Positions 42,036 to 52,339 of a DNA stretch of 64,000 bases are shown here, piece after piece. The DNA comes from Nitrosopumilales archaeon (GTDB lineage: Archaea; Thermoproteota; Nitrososphaeria; Nitrososphaerales; Nitrososphaeraceae), in assembly GCA_044507735.1 (NCBI GenBank), contig JBIQJB010000001.1, forward strand, positions 192,001 through 256,000, written 5' to 3'. Under the pieces are notes generated by a model. It worked only from the letters and a program-made list of their open reading frames with translations. It had not been told where the DNA came from and searched no databases. Numbering within the stretch: position 1 is the first letter of the stretch; each line of letters starts with the position of its first letter. The translations under genes and the position numbers were made by a program.

Positions 42036-42230
42036 GACTCATTTTCAACCGATTTTTGTACCTATTAAATCATCGTCTCGAAATTTGCGAAAACTCATTG
42101 TCGCAAAATCACCATTGCAGGGGAGAAACGTGCTCAATATAAGAGCTATGTGGTAGCACTCTATAAAATTTCGCAGGATGGGGAACAAATGCTAAGAATT
42201 CTTTTATATTGGACACTCTACTCCGAATGT

Positions 42231-44480
42231 ATGGAGAGAAGATCCGACAGCAACCAGGATAAAGTTCTGCAACTCCAGTTTTTGGGAAGCACCGCACAAG
42301 ATTCGCAGCCAAAGGTGGCCCTCTTTGCAGTAGATACGAAGGGTGGCATCACCACGATCAAAAAGCTACAATCTCTTGAAGGCAACAAGATCAGCCTTTC
42401 CGAATTGACCCGCAATGTGAAGGAAGGTGTCATCTATGGGTTTGGACCTGATATTGACGAGACCGAAGTAAGAAAAGAGATGTTGTTTACATTTAGGCCA
42501 AAAGAAAAGATCCGCGAGTGGACAGACACCGGTGTTATTGAAATCAACCCAAAGTGGCGCGACTGGATCCTGCCGATAGCGTGCGTCCACGGTGACGTTC
42601 ACAGATGTCGCTTTATCTTTCCACCCATCATTACTCTTGCAGGAACGAAAACACTCGCCGCAAGTTCACCAGCGGCCCGCAGTTCTACTTTTAAAATTGC
42701 GCAGGGCGTCTCTGATCAACTCCATCCAATATACCCTGAGCTTTTTCCAATCTGCGCACCTGTGTGTAATGCCGTCGTTGAAGTTTACGAAAAAACGTGC
42801 TGCTGTTTAATCCGGCCTTTTGACATAGACGCTTTGCTTGACAGGCTAAGGGAATGGCTTGAAAGAATTCCGCCGATACCTCCAATAGATCCGGAAGATC
42901 CGATCGGTCCGATACCCGGACCAGACCCTGCTCCATTTGGAAGAGAGGTTGCCAAGACTGCCAAATTGGCTCAGGCAAGCGCGATCAAGATTCCACTTGG
43001 CATCTTGCCACAGAGGCTTGTGGAAGATTACCAAACACTGTCCACATTGCCATATGAAAAGAGGCTTGAATACGTCAATACCCGCGACTACCTCTATCCG
43101 ATATTCTGCACATGCAGCTCCAGGAAAGTAGGCGAAACCCCGGTCAACGAAGACGGTGAATTCAGCCTCTGCTACTTCAAAGGACCGACAAGAAGCGGGT
43201 GCAGAACGACGTATTACTATAAGGTGAGGCAGTGGCAGGAGAACCAGTGGGTCTACATCTACGATGGCTCGACCACAAATGAGTACTTCAAGGGGTCAGA
43301 CACCGCTCATCTGCGCACATGGAAGGGGCTTGCGTGCCGGCCGGATGGAGGAATAAATCCCGGAGGAGACTTTGTAATGCTGGAAAACATTGGCTCCACT
43401 CCGAGTTGGAGGCTTGACAGCCCGACACAGGATTCAGAGTTCGGCGTATCAAGTGCGAATCCTTCGGACGGCCTTACGAACATCGGCCAACCATGGGGCA
43501 AGACGCTTCATTTTAGGCTCAAGTTCAGCGAGGGGCTAAAGGCGCTCGGAGCAAAGTATTACAGGGTTAGCGTAGTCAAGGCCAACTCTAGCGGAGATCC
43601 CGAGTTGGGAGCGGTCCCGCAGCCTCTGACAAGCCCTGTTGCCTGGAGACGCTGGATCAATGCTGGCGGCCAGATCAAGACAGAGGCAGTTACGCTCGGT
43701 CCGCTAGTAGCGCCCAACGGAGCAGGCGCACTATATTTGATACCATACGAAGCTGACGCGCCACTTGGATGGCTCTGGTTCCAGTACCATCAGACATGGA
43801 ATACCACCGCCTACGATAACGCCAAGCATCTTGTCATTGTAGAAATTTTTGACGCTAATGGCAACAGGCTCAAACCAAATGGAGCGCCCGGAGGCGATAT
43901 TGCCAAACCCTTCACATTCAGACGCTGGATCGACGAAGAAAACACCGTGGCCGTGAACTTTGCAGCGCTGACACACATGTTCCACGTCGACAATATCAAG
44001 TGCTACGGCGACATCGTCGACTTTCGCAAGAACGGGGTTCCATCAACCGCCGAATGCCAGTTCATTACAGGGTGCGCAACGGACAACTTTTCTGTCGGCA
44101 TGTATGCATTCCATGTCAACGGCTTCATGAGTAGCTATCACCTCTGGTATCACAGAGGACTCAATGGTCCGAATGTGACTCTTGAGACAGGCACCACAAA
44201 TGCACCTGCCGGCATACCTCCAATTCCAAGCCCGCTCAACTCTGCAAATGCGAAGCAGTCCAATTCAAGCACATTTGATGAAATGCTTGGACCCCACGAC
44301 AAATGCTCATTCAGCGTAGAGCTCAGAGTATATCCAAAGCACACGGATGGCTTTGGGACGATCTGGGAGTACGGCGCTTCTGACACGGCTGCAGTTGCTT
44401 TGGAAAAGGTTCTCTGCATCAGCAGTCAAGCTCTCGCGATACCTGTTCGGGAGTTGTCAAAGCCGGCACCATTGCCATAA
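42231..44480 (+). CDS. Large Cys/Pro-rich beta-rich hypothetical protein (about 750 aa)
   Basis: Long clean ORF; TTTTATATT box about 25 nt upstream of the ATG at 42231; T-rich tract after the stop. Confidence 0.85.
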   Translation: MERRSDSNQDKVLQLQFLGSTAQDSQPKVALFAVDTKGGITTIKKLQSLEGNKISLSELTRNVKEGVIYGFGPDIDETEVRKEMLFTFRPKEKIREWTDTGVIEINPKWRDWILPIACVHGDVHRCRFIFPPIITLAGTKTLAASSPAARSSTFKIAQGVSDQLHPIYPELFPICAPVCNAVVEVYEKTCCCLIRPFDIDALLDRLREWLERIPPIPPIDPEDPIGPIPGPDPAPFGREVAKTAKLAQASAIKIPLGILPQRLVEDYQTLSTLPYEKRLEYVNTRDYLYPIFCTCSSRKVGETPVNEDGEFSLCYFKGPTRSGCRTTYYYKVRQWQENQWVYIYDGSTTNEYFKGSDTAHLRTWKGLACRPDGGINPGGDFVMLENIGSTPSWRLDSPTQDSEFGVSSANPSDGLTNIGQPWGKTLHFRLKFSEGLKALGAKYYRVSVVKANSSGDPELGAVPQPLTSPVAWRRWINAGGQIKTEAVTLGPLVAPNGAGALYLIPYEADAPLGWLWFQYHQTWNTTAYDNAKHLVIVEIFDANGNRLKPNGAPGGDIAKPFTFRRWIDEENTVAVNFAALTHMFHVDNIKCYGDIVDFRKNGVPSTAECQFITGCATDNFSVGMYAFHVNGFMSSYHLWYHRGLNGPNVTLETGTTNAPAGIPPIPSPLNSANAKQSNSSTFDEMLGPHDKCSFSVELRVYPKHTDGFGTIWEYGASDTAAVALEKVLCISSQALAIPVRELSKPAPLP

Positions 44481-44569
44481 CAACAGACAAAACCTTCTCT
44501 TTTTTCTTTGATCAAAAAAAGAACCGAACATTTAATAGTCCTGCGAAAAACTTTTTTCGATTGTAGCAT

Positions 44570-46771
44570 ATGCCGAAGTTCAAGTCAACCCAAGACATAT
44601 TGAGAATAATTGGTAACAAGGATCAAATTCGAAACTTTGGTGTCATTGCCCATGTAGACCACGGCAAGACGACCATGAGTGATAGCCTCCTCGCCGCGTC
44701 GGGCATCATTTCCCCGTCGGTCGCAGGTCAGGCGCTAGCCCTCGATTCCATGAAGTTGGAGCAGAACCGACAGATGACAATCAGAGGGGCAAACGTCACG
44801 CTATTCTACGAAACGGACGGCAAGGAATACGTCATCAACATGATCGATACACCCGGCCACATTGACTTTACCGGCAGGGTGACCCGTGCGCTGCGCGCAA
44901 TTGACGGAGTGGTCGTGGTGTCAGACTCTGTAGAGGGCATCATGACCCAGACAGAAACCGTCACCAGACAGGCACTTGAAGAGCGCGTGAGGCCTGTGCT
45001 TTACATCAACAAGATAGACAGACTCGTCAAGGAGCTAAAGCTGGGTCCAGAAGAGATGCAGAAGTGGCTTATGAACATCATCAACCACTTTAACCAGCTC
45101 GTCGATATTTATGCCGAACCAGAACTCAAGGACAAGTGGAAGGTCAGCATTCAGGGCAACAGCGTTGCCTTTGGCTCTGCCAAGGATCGCTGGGGCTTTA
45201 ATTTCAAAATGGCACAAAAGACAAAGATCAACTTTAAGGATGTTTATGATGCTTATACAAAGAATGACCCTGAGCTCATAAAGTCGCTCTCGCAGAGATC
45301 GCCTCTATCAGACGCGGTGCTTGGCATGGTGGTGGAACATCACCCGCCGCCCCACGTTGCCCAGAAATACAGGATCCCAAAAATCTGGCCGGGCGACCTC
45401 AACTCTGAAACTGGCAGGGCGCTGCTGGCATGCGACGAAAAGGGCCCTGCACTAATGATGGTGACCACCATCAACGTTGACCCTCAGGCTGGAAGGGTTG
45501 CGACAGGTAGGCTCTACTCTGGCACCATAAAGGACGGTGACGAAGTCTACCTTGTCGACGCAAAGAGGACAGGAAGGGTACAATCTGTAAACATCTACAT
45601 GGGTAACACCAGAGAAATAGTGAGCGTTCTGCCCGCAGGTAACATCCCTGCACTGCTAGGGCTTGACTATGCAGTCGCAGGCGAGACCATATCGACTGTC
45701 AAGGGCGTACAGCCTTTCGAATCGATCAAGTACGTGTCCGAGCCTGTGGTCACTATTGCAGTCGAGCCAAAGCACCCCAAGGACCTACCCAAGCTAGTGG
45801 AGGCGCTGCGCAGAATCACCGTGGAAGACCCCAACCTGATAGTCAAGATCAACGAGGAGACCGGCGAGACTCTGATGGCAGGCATGGGTGTACTTCACCT
45901 GGAGATCGCAACTTCGCTCCTGCAGGAAGCAGGCCTTGACATTGTCACTACACAACCACTCATCAACTACCGCGAAACCATTCGCTCAAAGGCCGGGCCC
46001 ATAATGAGCAAGTCGCCTAACAAGCACAACAAGATATTCCTCCGCGTCGAGCCCCTGCCAGACGACATCCTTGACATGATAAGGACCGGCAAGATTAAGG
46101 AGGACATGGACAAGAAAGAGATGGCGAAGCTCTTGAGGGACAAAGGATGGAGCGCAGACGAAGCAAGGAGCGTTGCTGCAATAGATGTAAGCGGTAACAT
46201 GCTGGTAGATGAGACCAAGGGTGTCCAGTTCCTTCAGGAATCGATGGATTCTATCCGGTCAGGCTTTGACGACGTGATCAAGAATGGCCCGATAGCACAT
46301 GAAGCAGTCAGAGGTGTCAAGTTTGTGCTACACCACTTTGTGCCTCACGAAGACCCTGCACACAGAGGTCTTGCTCAACTTATGCCTGCTACGAGGAGAG
46401 CCATGTTGGGCTCGATGCTCATCGCGGACCCTGTGCTCCTTGAGCCGATACTTGGCATTGAGATCAAGTGCCCGCAGGACCTAATCGGCGCGGTGTCAAC
46501 TGTACTTTCGGGCAAGCGTGGCAAGCTGCTCAACGTAGAGCAAAAGGGGATCATTGCAATCATGCAGGGCGAAGTGCCCGCTTCAGAAACGTTCGACCTT
46601 TCTGAAAAGATGAGAGGGGCCACGGCAGGCAAGGCGATGTGGAACACCTACTTCAAGGCCTGGCAGCCAGTTCCAAACTCGATATTCCGCACACTGGTTG
46701 CAGATGTGAGGAAGAGAAAGGGACTCAACCCTGAGCCGCCATCGCCAGACGAGTTCATAGACAAGGAATAA
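44570..46771 (+). CDS. fusA: Translation elongation factor aEF-2
   Basis: AHVDHGKTT, DTPGH, NKID, diphthamide loop HEDPAHRG. Confidence 0.98.
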   Translation: MPKFKSTQDILRIIGNKDQIRNFGVIAHVDHGKTTMSDSLLAASGIISPSVAGQALALDSMKLEQNRQMTIRGANVTLFYETDGKEYVINMIDTPGHIDFTGRVTRALRAIDGVVVVSDSVEGIMTQTETVTRQALEERVRPVLYINKIDRLVKELKLGPEEMQKWLMNIINHFNQLVDIYAEPELKDKWKVSIQGNSVAFGSAKDRWGFNFKMAQKTKINFKDVYDAYTKNDPELIKSLSQRSPLSDAVLGMVVEHHPPPHVAQKYRIPKIWPGDLNSETGRALLACDEKGPALMMVTTINVDPQAGRVATGRLYSGTIKDGDEVYLVDAKRTGRVQSVNIYMGNTREIVSVLPAGNIPALLGLDYAVAGETISTVKGVQPFESIKYVSEPVVTIAVEPKHPKDLPKLVEALRRITVEDPNLIVKINEETGETLMAGMGVLHLEIATSLLQEAGLDIVTTQPLINYRETIRSKAGPIMSKSPNKHNKIFLRVEPLPDDILDMIRTGKIKEDMDKKEMAKLLRDKGWSADEARSVAAIDVSGNMLVDETKGVQFLQESMDSIRSGFDDVIKNGPIAHEAVRGVKFVLHHFVPHEDPAHRGLAQLMPATRRAMLGSMLIADPVLLEPILGIEIKCPQDLIGAVSTVLSGKRGKLLNVEQKGIIAIMQGEVPASETFDLSEKMRGATAGKAMWNTYFKAWQPVPNSIFRTLVADVRKRKGLNPEPPSPDEFIDKE

Positions 46772-46956
46772 GAGCACTCTCCCCCTCCTCCCCCTCCGCT
46801 CATTTTTGTGCCGCTTTTTCAGGCCATGACTAGATAATGTCGTACGTTATGATTTGTTGGAAATAGCTCATGAGCAAATGACTATGCCATCACCATGACG
46901 TTCGTCATGACGCTCAAGGGACACAAGAACCACTATATCGTCAAGCTGCTGAGAGG
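46768..46956 (+). repeat. Direct repeat copy 1 (aEF-2 3' end, spacer and cas1 5' stub)
   Basis: Shares ATAAGAGCA, GCTCATTTTTGTG and ATTTGTTGG with 47622-47804; 49 nt identical (46899-46947 = 47747-47795). Confidence 0.9.
46772..46820 (+). terminator. Probable aEF-2 terminator
   Basis: GAGC...GCTC around a pyrimidine tract, then TTTTT and a second TTTTT. Confidence 0.5.
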
Positions 46957-46959
46957 TAT
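46907..46959 (+). pseudogene. cas1: cas1 (casposase-like) remnant 1: first ~17 codons
   Basis: MTLKGHKNHYIVKLLRG, same as the start of remnant 2. Confidence 0.7.
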
Positions 46960-46969
46960 CGTTGTTCCA

Positions 46970-47536
46970 TCACGCGTGTTCGAGCAGCTCGGTTCGATAC
47001 TTCGGAGCAAGTGCCATGGCCTTCGCTTTGAACTCTGCTTGTGCTGCTTCATCAAGCATAGGTGGAGGCGTTGTGCGGGTTGCGACCGGTACACCAGCCT
47101 CCATGAAGAAATCCTCCTGACCGGGCGGTGAACATATGCAAAGCATTCTCACGGGCTGAGAGGAGGAGTTGTGAAACTGGTGCGGCGCGTTTGCTGGGAT
47201 ATTGATCGTCTCACCCGCCCGCACGGCACGTTTCGTGCCGCGAAAGGTAGCCTCAAGTTCGCCCTCAAGCATGATGAAAGTTTCTTCGAAGTCGTGACGG
47301 TGTGGAGGTGGTCCGCCACCCGGGGGTATATGCATGTCGATCAGGCAAAAGCGGCCTGACGTGTCTTTACCTGTGAGAAGGATGGTGTACGTATCTCCAA
47401 CCACTCCAATGTGAGGAAGTTTCTGATTGGTGTTTGGCTGGGCAATGGCGAGATCGCGTTTAAGATTATCGGATGGTAAGATTGCTGAAGCTGGCGGCTC
47501 CGGCATATTTGTTTTTTTGGACATTCTGCGCTTCAA
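46970..47536 (-). CDS. Cupin-domain protein (quercetinase-like); alternative ATG at 47524
   Basis: PPGGGPPPHRHDFEETF and IPANAPHQF cupin motifs. Confidence 0.9.
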   Translation of the reverse strand: MKRRMSKKTNMPEPPASAILPSDNLKRDLAIAQPNTNQKLPHIGVVGDTYTILLTGKDTSGRFCLIDMHIPPGGGPPPHRHDFEETFIMLEGELEATFRGTKRAVRAGETINIPANAPHQFHNSSSQPVRMLCICSPPGQEDFFMEAGVPVATRTTPPPMLDEAAQAEFKAKAMALAPKYRTELLEHA

Positions 47537-47621
47537 TAGACAAATGGCACCTCCAACTAATCAAATTATCGAAACATGATTCTCTATCAAAATTGTAGGT
47601 TGTGGATTTAATTGACTATTG

Positions 47622-47804
47622 ATAAGAGCAGTTTCCTTCACCCTACCCCGGCTCATTTTTGTGTCGCCTTTTAGGTTCGGCTATATCATGTTGTATGTTA
47701 TAATTTGTTGGAGATAGCTTATCAATAGATGGCATAGCCATCATATCGTTCGTCATGACGCTCAAGGGACACAAGAACCACTATATCGTCAAGCTATTGA
47801 GAGG
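47622..47804 (+). repeat. Direct repeat copy 2
   Basis: See copy 1 (46768-46956). Confidence 0.9.
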
Positions 47805-48070
47805 ATATGGAGCATCAAAAAGCCCGAATAATAACAAGGTTGTTTCGAAAGGAGCTAGGGATGAATTCACAGGCCCGCAAGAGATTGAAGAATGGTTTGT
47901 GACACAAATTCCGTATGAACGGATTGAAATAGCCGACAAGGTGTACGTGTCGACTGATGTTATACAACTGCTAGTTGATCATAACATAATGTGATTTTAT
48001 TGGATTTGCTTAGTAAGCCTTTTGTCAACATGAACAATATCGTGGCTAGTCTTACTTGCACAAACTATGA
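47755..48070 (+). pseudogene. cas1: cas1 (casposase-like) remnant 2: N-terminal ~105 codons, frameshifted
   Basis: MTLKGHKNHYIVKLLRGYGAS...EEWFVTQIPYERIEIADKVYVSTDVIQLLVDHN, then a shifted frame NVILLDLLSKPFVNMNNIVASLTCTNY; aligns by eye with remnant 3. Confidence 0.8.
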
Positions 48071-48177
48071 GGGATTGATCTAATGTGCCATCAGTGAATT
48101 AGTAGAGAAGACGGCAGTTCGTCAGTTTCATGTACAGCGTCCTAACCTGTCTGCTCTCTGCCTCGCCGCTCAGACCG

Positions 48178-48672
48178 CTACATCCGGGAAGCAGTAGAAG
48201 GCTCTGCTGGCGCCGCCTTGCCAAAGTAGGCCTTGACATGTGGCCTGTACATGTAATAGAGGATTACTGCGCTGATGATGATGATGCTTACAATAGCTCC
48301 TACATTTCCAGTCACCAGCGAGACCGAATTCAAAACTATACTGACAACTGCCAGCACAACAGTCAAGGCCCAAGCCCAGGACTTGCCCGTTAAAAGGCCG
48401 TATGCGACAATGGATGAGAAGACGCCTAGACCGAGAAGCATTGCTCCAACTGCTATCGCTGCGCTGCCAATGGCGTTGGTGGGGATCTCGGAAATATCTA
48501 CACCTGGCAGCGTGTCTTGCGTCTGCTGCGATGATGTCGGACCTGCAAGCGTTGACATCACCGGTCCTAGTGCGATCATGCCTAGCCCTCCGATTACCAT
48601 GAAGCTACCGCCAATTATGTTGAGAATTGCAATAATGGTCACGCCGGTCGGGCGTGCGCAAGCTATAGTCAC
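48178..48672 (-). CDS. Four-TM membrane protein
   Basis: RPTGVTIIAIL...GKSWAW...YMYRPHVKAYF. Confidence 0.8.
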   Translation of the reverse strand: MTIACARPTGVTIIAILNIIGGSFMVIGGLGMIALGPVMSTLAGPTSSQQTQDTLPGVDISEIPTNAIGSAAIAVGAMLLGLGVFSSIVAYGLLTGKSWAWALTVVLAVVSIVLNSVSLVTGNVGAIVSIIIISAVILYYMYRPHVKAYFGKAAPAEPSTASRM

Positions 48673-48957
48673 ATGCTGTGAATGGGAGCATCGGATTTAA
48701 AGGCACTGGTCATGGCGATTATTGCATCAGCATTTTCGGAGCCCTCTCCGCTGACATGAGGATCCACATCCTCACTTACGATGACGAGTACATCATTTTT
48801 TCCTTGGAGGATACCTAAATATCACCATACGGTCTACCTTGGTGTGCGGATTTTGTTGATTGTCTGTAACCAACATTCTTTGAATTCTGGGAAGAACAGA
48901 ACCGATAGTAACGCAAGAAATCCCAGACGAGATAGCAACACTACGTACGTATTGTGT

Positions 48958-49373
48958 CTACTTCCATTCATATCCAATGGCTTTGACTTGCTGTGTCGCA
49001 GGATCAAAATCAGACTCTAGAGTCAAGATCGTTCAGCCAAGAATATTTCTGCGAATTTGTGTAGCCTGAGATCATCACCAATCCTCTTATTTTTCCGCCC
49101 TCCACCGTCCTGCCCTTTTCGTGGGCCCACCACAAGAATGTGTCTCCGTCGGAAAATGTTACAAATCCATTGTAGCTTGCATCGACGACTCCGTGGGGAT
49201 ATTGGGTCATTGTACCAAAACTCATGCTCTTTCCACTTGGAAATTTGCCTATCCCTCTTCCAATCATCAACATAGCTCAATTCTATTGTTATTCCTTCTA
49301 CGGGATGCACCTTAGTTATCCTGAACGCTACTGCATTGCCAGTCCCTTCAAAGATTTTCTGGCCTAAAGCCAT
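48958..49373 (-). pseudogene. Doubly frameshifted paralog of 52340-52759
   Basis: MALGQKIFEG...ELSYVDD, shift, GKFPSG...KYSWLND, shift, ...GYEWK-stop. Confidence 0.85.
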
Positions 49374-49670
49374 AGAAAAATGCAAATTTGCAAATTCATA
49401 AGGACTATGTTATTGGGTCTTGGTAACTTGGTGGGGGAGATCAATGTCAATTTCCTTCGCACGATCCTGCTTATCTCATGTCAAGTTACTGCCGTCTTCT
49501 TTTGCAATATTTAGTACTCTCCACTCGTTGGAATGTTTTTGCCGGTTTTTGTGAAGTTGGATCAGTGAAATGTTCCATTTTGAGTTGTTGTCTGTGTTTA
49601 TCGATAGGAACTATAAGCAGAAGGGCGCATCCACTAATCATAAATCCGACAAAGCTAACTATTCGATAGT

Positions 49671-51170
49671 ATGGAAGAGCTGCCTCAAAGAGCTTTAATC
49701 CTTCAAGGAGGCGGCGCCTTAGGTGCCTATGAGGCAGGTGCTTTCAAGGCGCTATATGAGAAACTGATCAAAGAAGACAGAGAGAGCAAGAACGCCGAAA
49801 GGCCTCTTTTTGACATCGTCGCGGGTTCGTCGATTGGAGCTGTAAACGCCTGCTTTCTAGTAAGTTACGTTCTCAATAACAAACAATCCAATCCTGAGAA
49901 GAGCATTGCGGATTGTTGGAAAGATTCCGATCAGGCTCTGGTGAACTTTTGGATCGGTCTTGCCAATCACACCTTACTAGATAATGCACCAATCCGGTTT
50001 GTATGGGATTGGATTTGGAATTCAGCTAAAGCCTACCGAGATGGATGGGTTCAGTACTGGAAAAACCTTGTCGAGATCTTTCCGGGGAGCATCAGCTTCA
50101 GAAAAGAATGGCCTTTCAGGGAGTGGTATTATTCATGGCCTGACAAGTGGGGACCGCTGGCAACAGGTGAAGGAGCAAGGCGGTATTATTCATACTGGAA
50201 TTCTTCTTTTACAGGTATCGAGGGGATTTTGACCGGGGGCATTCCTCAACCGGATTACAAATTTCTAAATGGGTTTGCTCCAGGCTTCTATCGCTTTGAC
50301 AACACTCCCTTAATCAACACCTTAAAAAGGATGTGGTATCTAAATGGCCAGCCGATATCAACAAAGAAAGGGGAACCTAGGCTATTGTTGGTTAGCGTCG
50401 ACGTGCAAGATTGCAGCTCTGCTGCGACCTTCGACAGCTACGAAAAGAAGAGAGACGGCAGTACTATAAGACATCATTTTACCGAATATGGATCGGAAAA
50501 TGAGGAGCCAAAAGTAATAGAGTACGAGGGTGTCGCTACAGATCATTTGCTTGCAAGCATGTCTACAAATCAGAGATATGAATTTCCTTCCATGCGTACT
50601 GCCGACGGAAGGCAGACACGTTACTTTTGGGACGGCGCGTACCTTAGCAATACACCATTGAGGGAAGTTATTCAACACCATCGGGACTTTTGGCTAAAAA
50701 CAGAAGGCGAGAAGAAAGTGCCAGATCTGGAAGTCTATATCATCAACCTATATCCCGCAACTGAAGCAACGGTGCCCCAAGATGCCGATTCCATCCAAGA
50801 CCGGGAGATTGATATAAAGTTCCACGATAGAACAAAGTATGACTTGAAGGTTGCTGGCATGGTAACTGACTACATAGATCTCGTGGAAAAGCTGAAGGAG
50901 CTCGCAGAATCAAAGGGATTGTCAGAACAAGTCAAGAGTATCCTTGATGGAGAAGTGGGGAAGAGCGTCAAGCGAAGCGGAGATAAGAGAAGGTATCGAA
51001 GTCTGATCGAAGGCAGGTTTGCAATCCCGAGAACTGTTCACGTCGAAAGACAGGATGATTCAAATGCAATTTATGGCAAGGCATTTGACTTTTCAGAGCA
51101 TACCGTTAAGAACTTGATCGACCTAGGCTACCAAGACGGACTCAAAGCCTATGATAAGAGTGCAGAATGA
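49671..51170 (+). CDS. Patatin-like phospholipase
   Basis: QGGGALGAY oxyanion hole, GSSIG nucleophile, WDGAYLSNTPL. Confidence 0.92.
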   Translation: MEELPQRALILQGGGALGAYEAGAFKALYEKLIKEDRESKNAERPLFDIVAGSSIGAVNACFLVSYVLNNKQSNPEKSIADCWKDSDQALVNFWIGLANHTLLDNAPIRFVWDWIWNSAKAYRDGWVQYWKNLVEIFPGSISFRKEWPFREWYYSWPDKWGPLATGEGARRYYSYWNSSFTGIEGILTGGIPQPDYKFLNGFAPGFYRFDNTPLINTLKRMWYLNGQPISTKKGEPRLLLVSVDVQDCSSAATFDSYEKKRDGSTIRHHFTEYGSENEEPKVIEYEGVATDHLLASMSTNQRYEFPSMRTADGRQTRYFWDGAYLSNTPLREVIQHHRDFWLKTEGEKKVPDLEVYIINLYPATEATVPQDADSIQDREIDIKFHDRTKYDLKVAGMVTDYIDLVEKLKELAESKGLSEQVKSILDGEVGKSVKRSGDKRRYRSLIEGRFAIPRTVHVERQDDSNAIYGKAFDFSEHTVKNLIDLGYQDGLKAYDKSAE

Positions 51171-51261
51171 CTGTGCAAAATCACTATTACTCGCTTGTCT
51201 CCTTAACGATCCTTTCTTGATGAGATATACTGTCACTACCTGAATAGTTATTTTATGATTC

Positions 51262-52169
51262 TCAATCAATTTGAAAGGAATCGAGTACTATGTTTCCTTG
51301 TCTCGTCCGTGCATATTCATCCTTTCTGATCACGCGAACAAATGTCGCTTCTTCTGCAGAAGACTTGTAAACAGCAAATTTGACTAACCCTCCGAGAGGA
51401 TTAATCTGATCATAAACTAGTGTTTGGAATGAATTATGCGTCTTGTGGGCAAGGCCTTAGTGTGATTCAGGCCCAAGGTCATTAGCGAACTTCGTAATTT
51501 TCGCAGCTAGCATGCCCCTAATTCAGCAGATCATCAACGGCATCCGACACATATCGATTGTTCATTATGTCACCTCTACCACAACGCGAGTAGTAGATAT
51601 GTCTTGTTGAAAATAATTTGACATAAGTTCTAAAATAGACATATCCAACTCGTGCTTCTACGGTGAGAAATTCGCACATGTTAGTCGAGGTATTGACTTT
51701 TGCAAGATTCTGGCTCAATCCTGTAATGACATCGCTCAAATTATACCTGTCAAGACTCTTCAGAAAGGTAGTCTGGATCTGAAGCTTGGCGGCCATTAAC
51801 TTTCTTTTGCAAATAAGGACCCTTTTCTTTCAAAGAGCATCATACTGTCCGTTGTGTGACTAGTTTCAGTTGGATTTGACATTATTCTGAGCAGCTTGGA
51901 ACCAAATTGCCAAATGAATCTGACAAGATTACATTGATGTCATCATTTGTGAGTAGCGTTATTGCATCAGTTGAAACATAAGCCTTGCCGGCAATTGTAA
52001 TCTGTTCAGAAGGAATGTGCACTATGAACCATTTTTCCATTTCAGCCTGCCCTTGTAAACCTGGTGATGTTGTCTTTCAGGCATGTTCAGTTTGCTATGA
52101 GGCCAATGGAAAAGTCGTAGCCATGCACCAACTCACATTGCAGTTTGTTCAATTGCCCATCAGCGTCAA
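51262..52169 (-). pseudogene. cas1: cas1 (casposase-like) remnant 3: nearly full-length, multiple stops and frameshifts
   Basis: Stitched frames LTLMGN*TNCNV / LVHGYDFSIGL / EKWFIVHIPSEQITIAGKAYVSTDAITLLTNDDINVILSDSFGNLV / AAKLQIQTTFLKSL...FLTVEARVGYVYF...SDAVDDLLN*G / LAHKTHNSFQTLVYDQINP; matches Cas1 E..A..Y, N.LLNYGY and H...L.YD..EP. Confidence 0.85.
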
Positions 52170-52339
52170 CGCATCATGTGCAGCATGTAATTGCTGCGGC
52201 TCTACTCCAGTTCGCCCTATTTTTTGTGCTCAGACTGAGGGAATCAATCTTTGGAAGAGGGAATAAGAAAACAAATCAAACGCTTTGTGCCCAAAAATCC
52301 GCGTTGGACACAAGGCGACTAATCAGAGTGGAATTGCAT

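Noticed and set aside
46895-47131. 78-aa ORF as a real gene
   Set aside because: It is a chimera of the cas1 stub and antisense read-through into the cupin gene
51518-51796. 92-aa ORF as a stand-alone gene
   Set aside because: It is an internal segment of cas1 remnant 3
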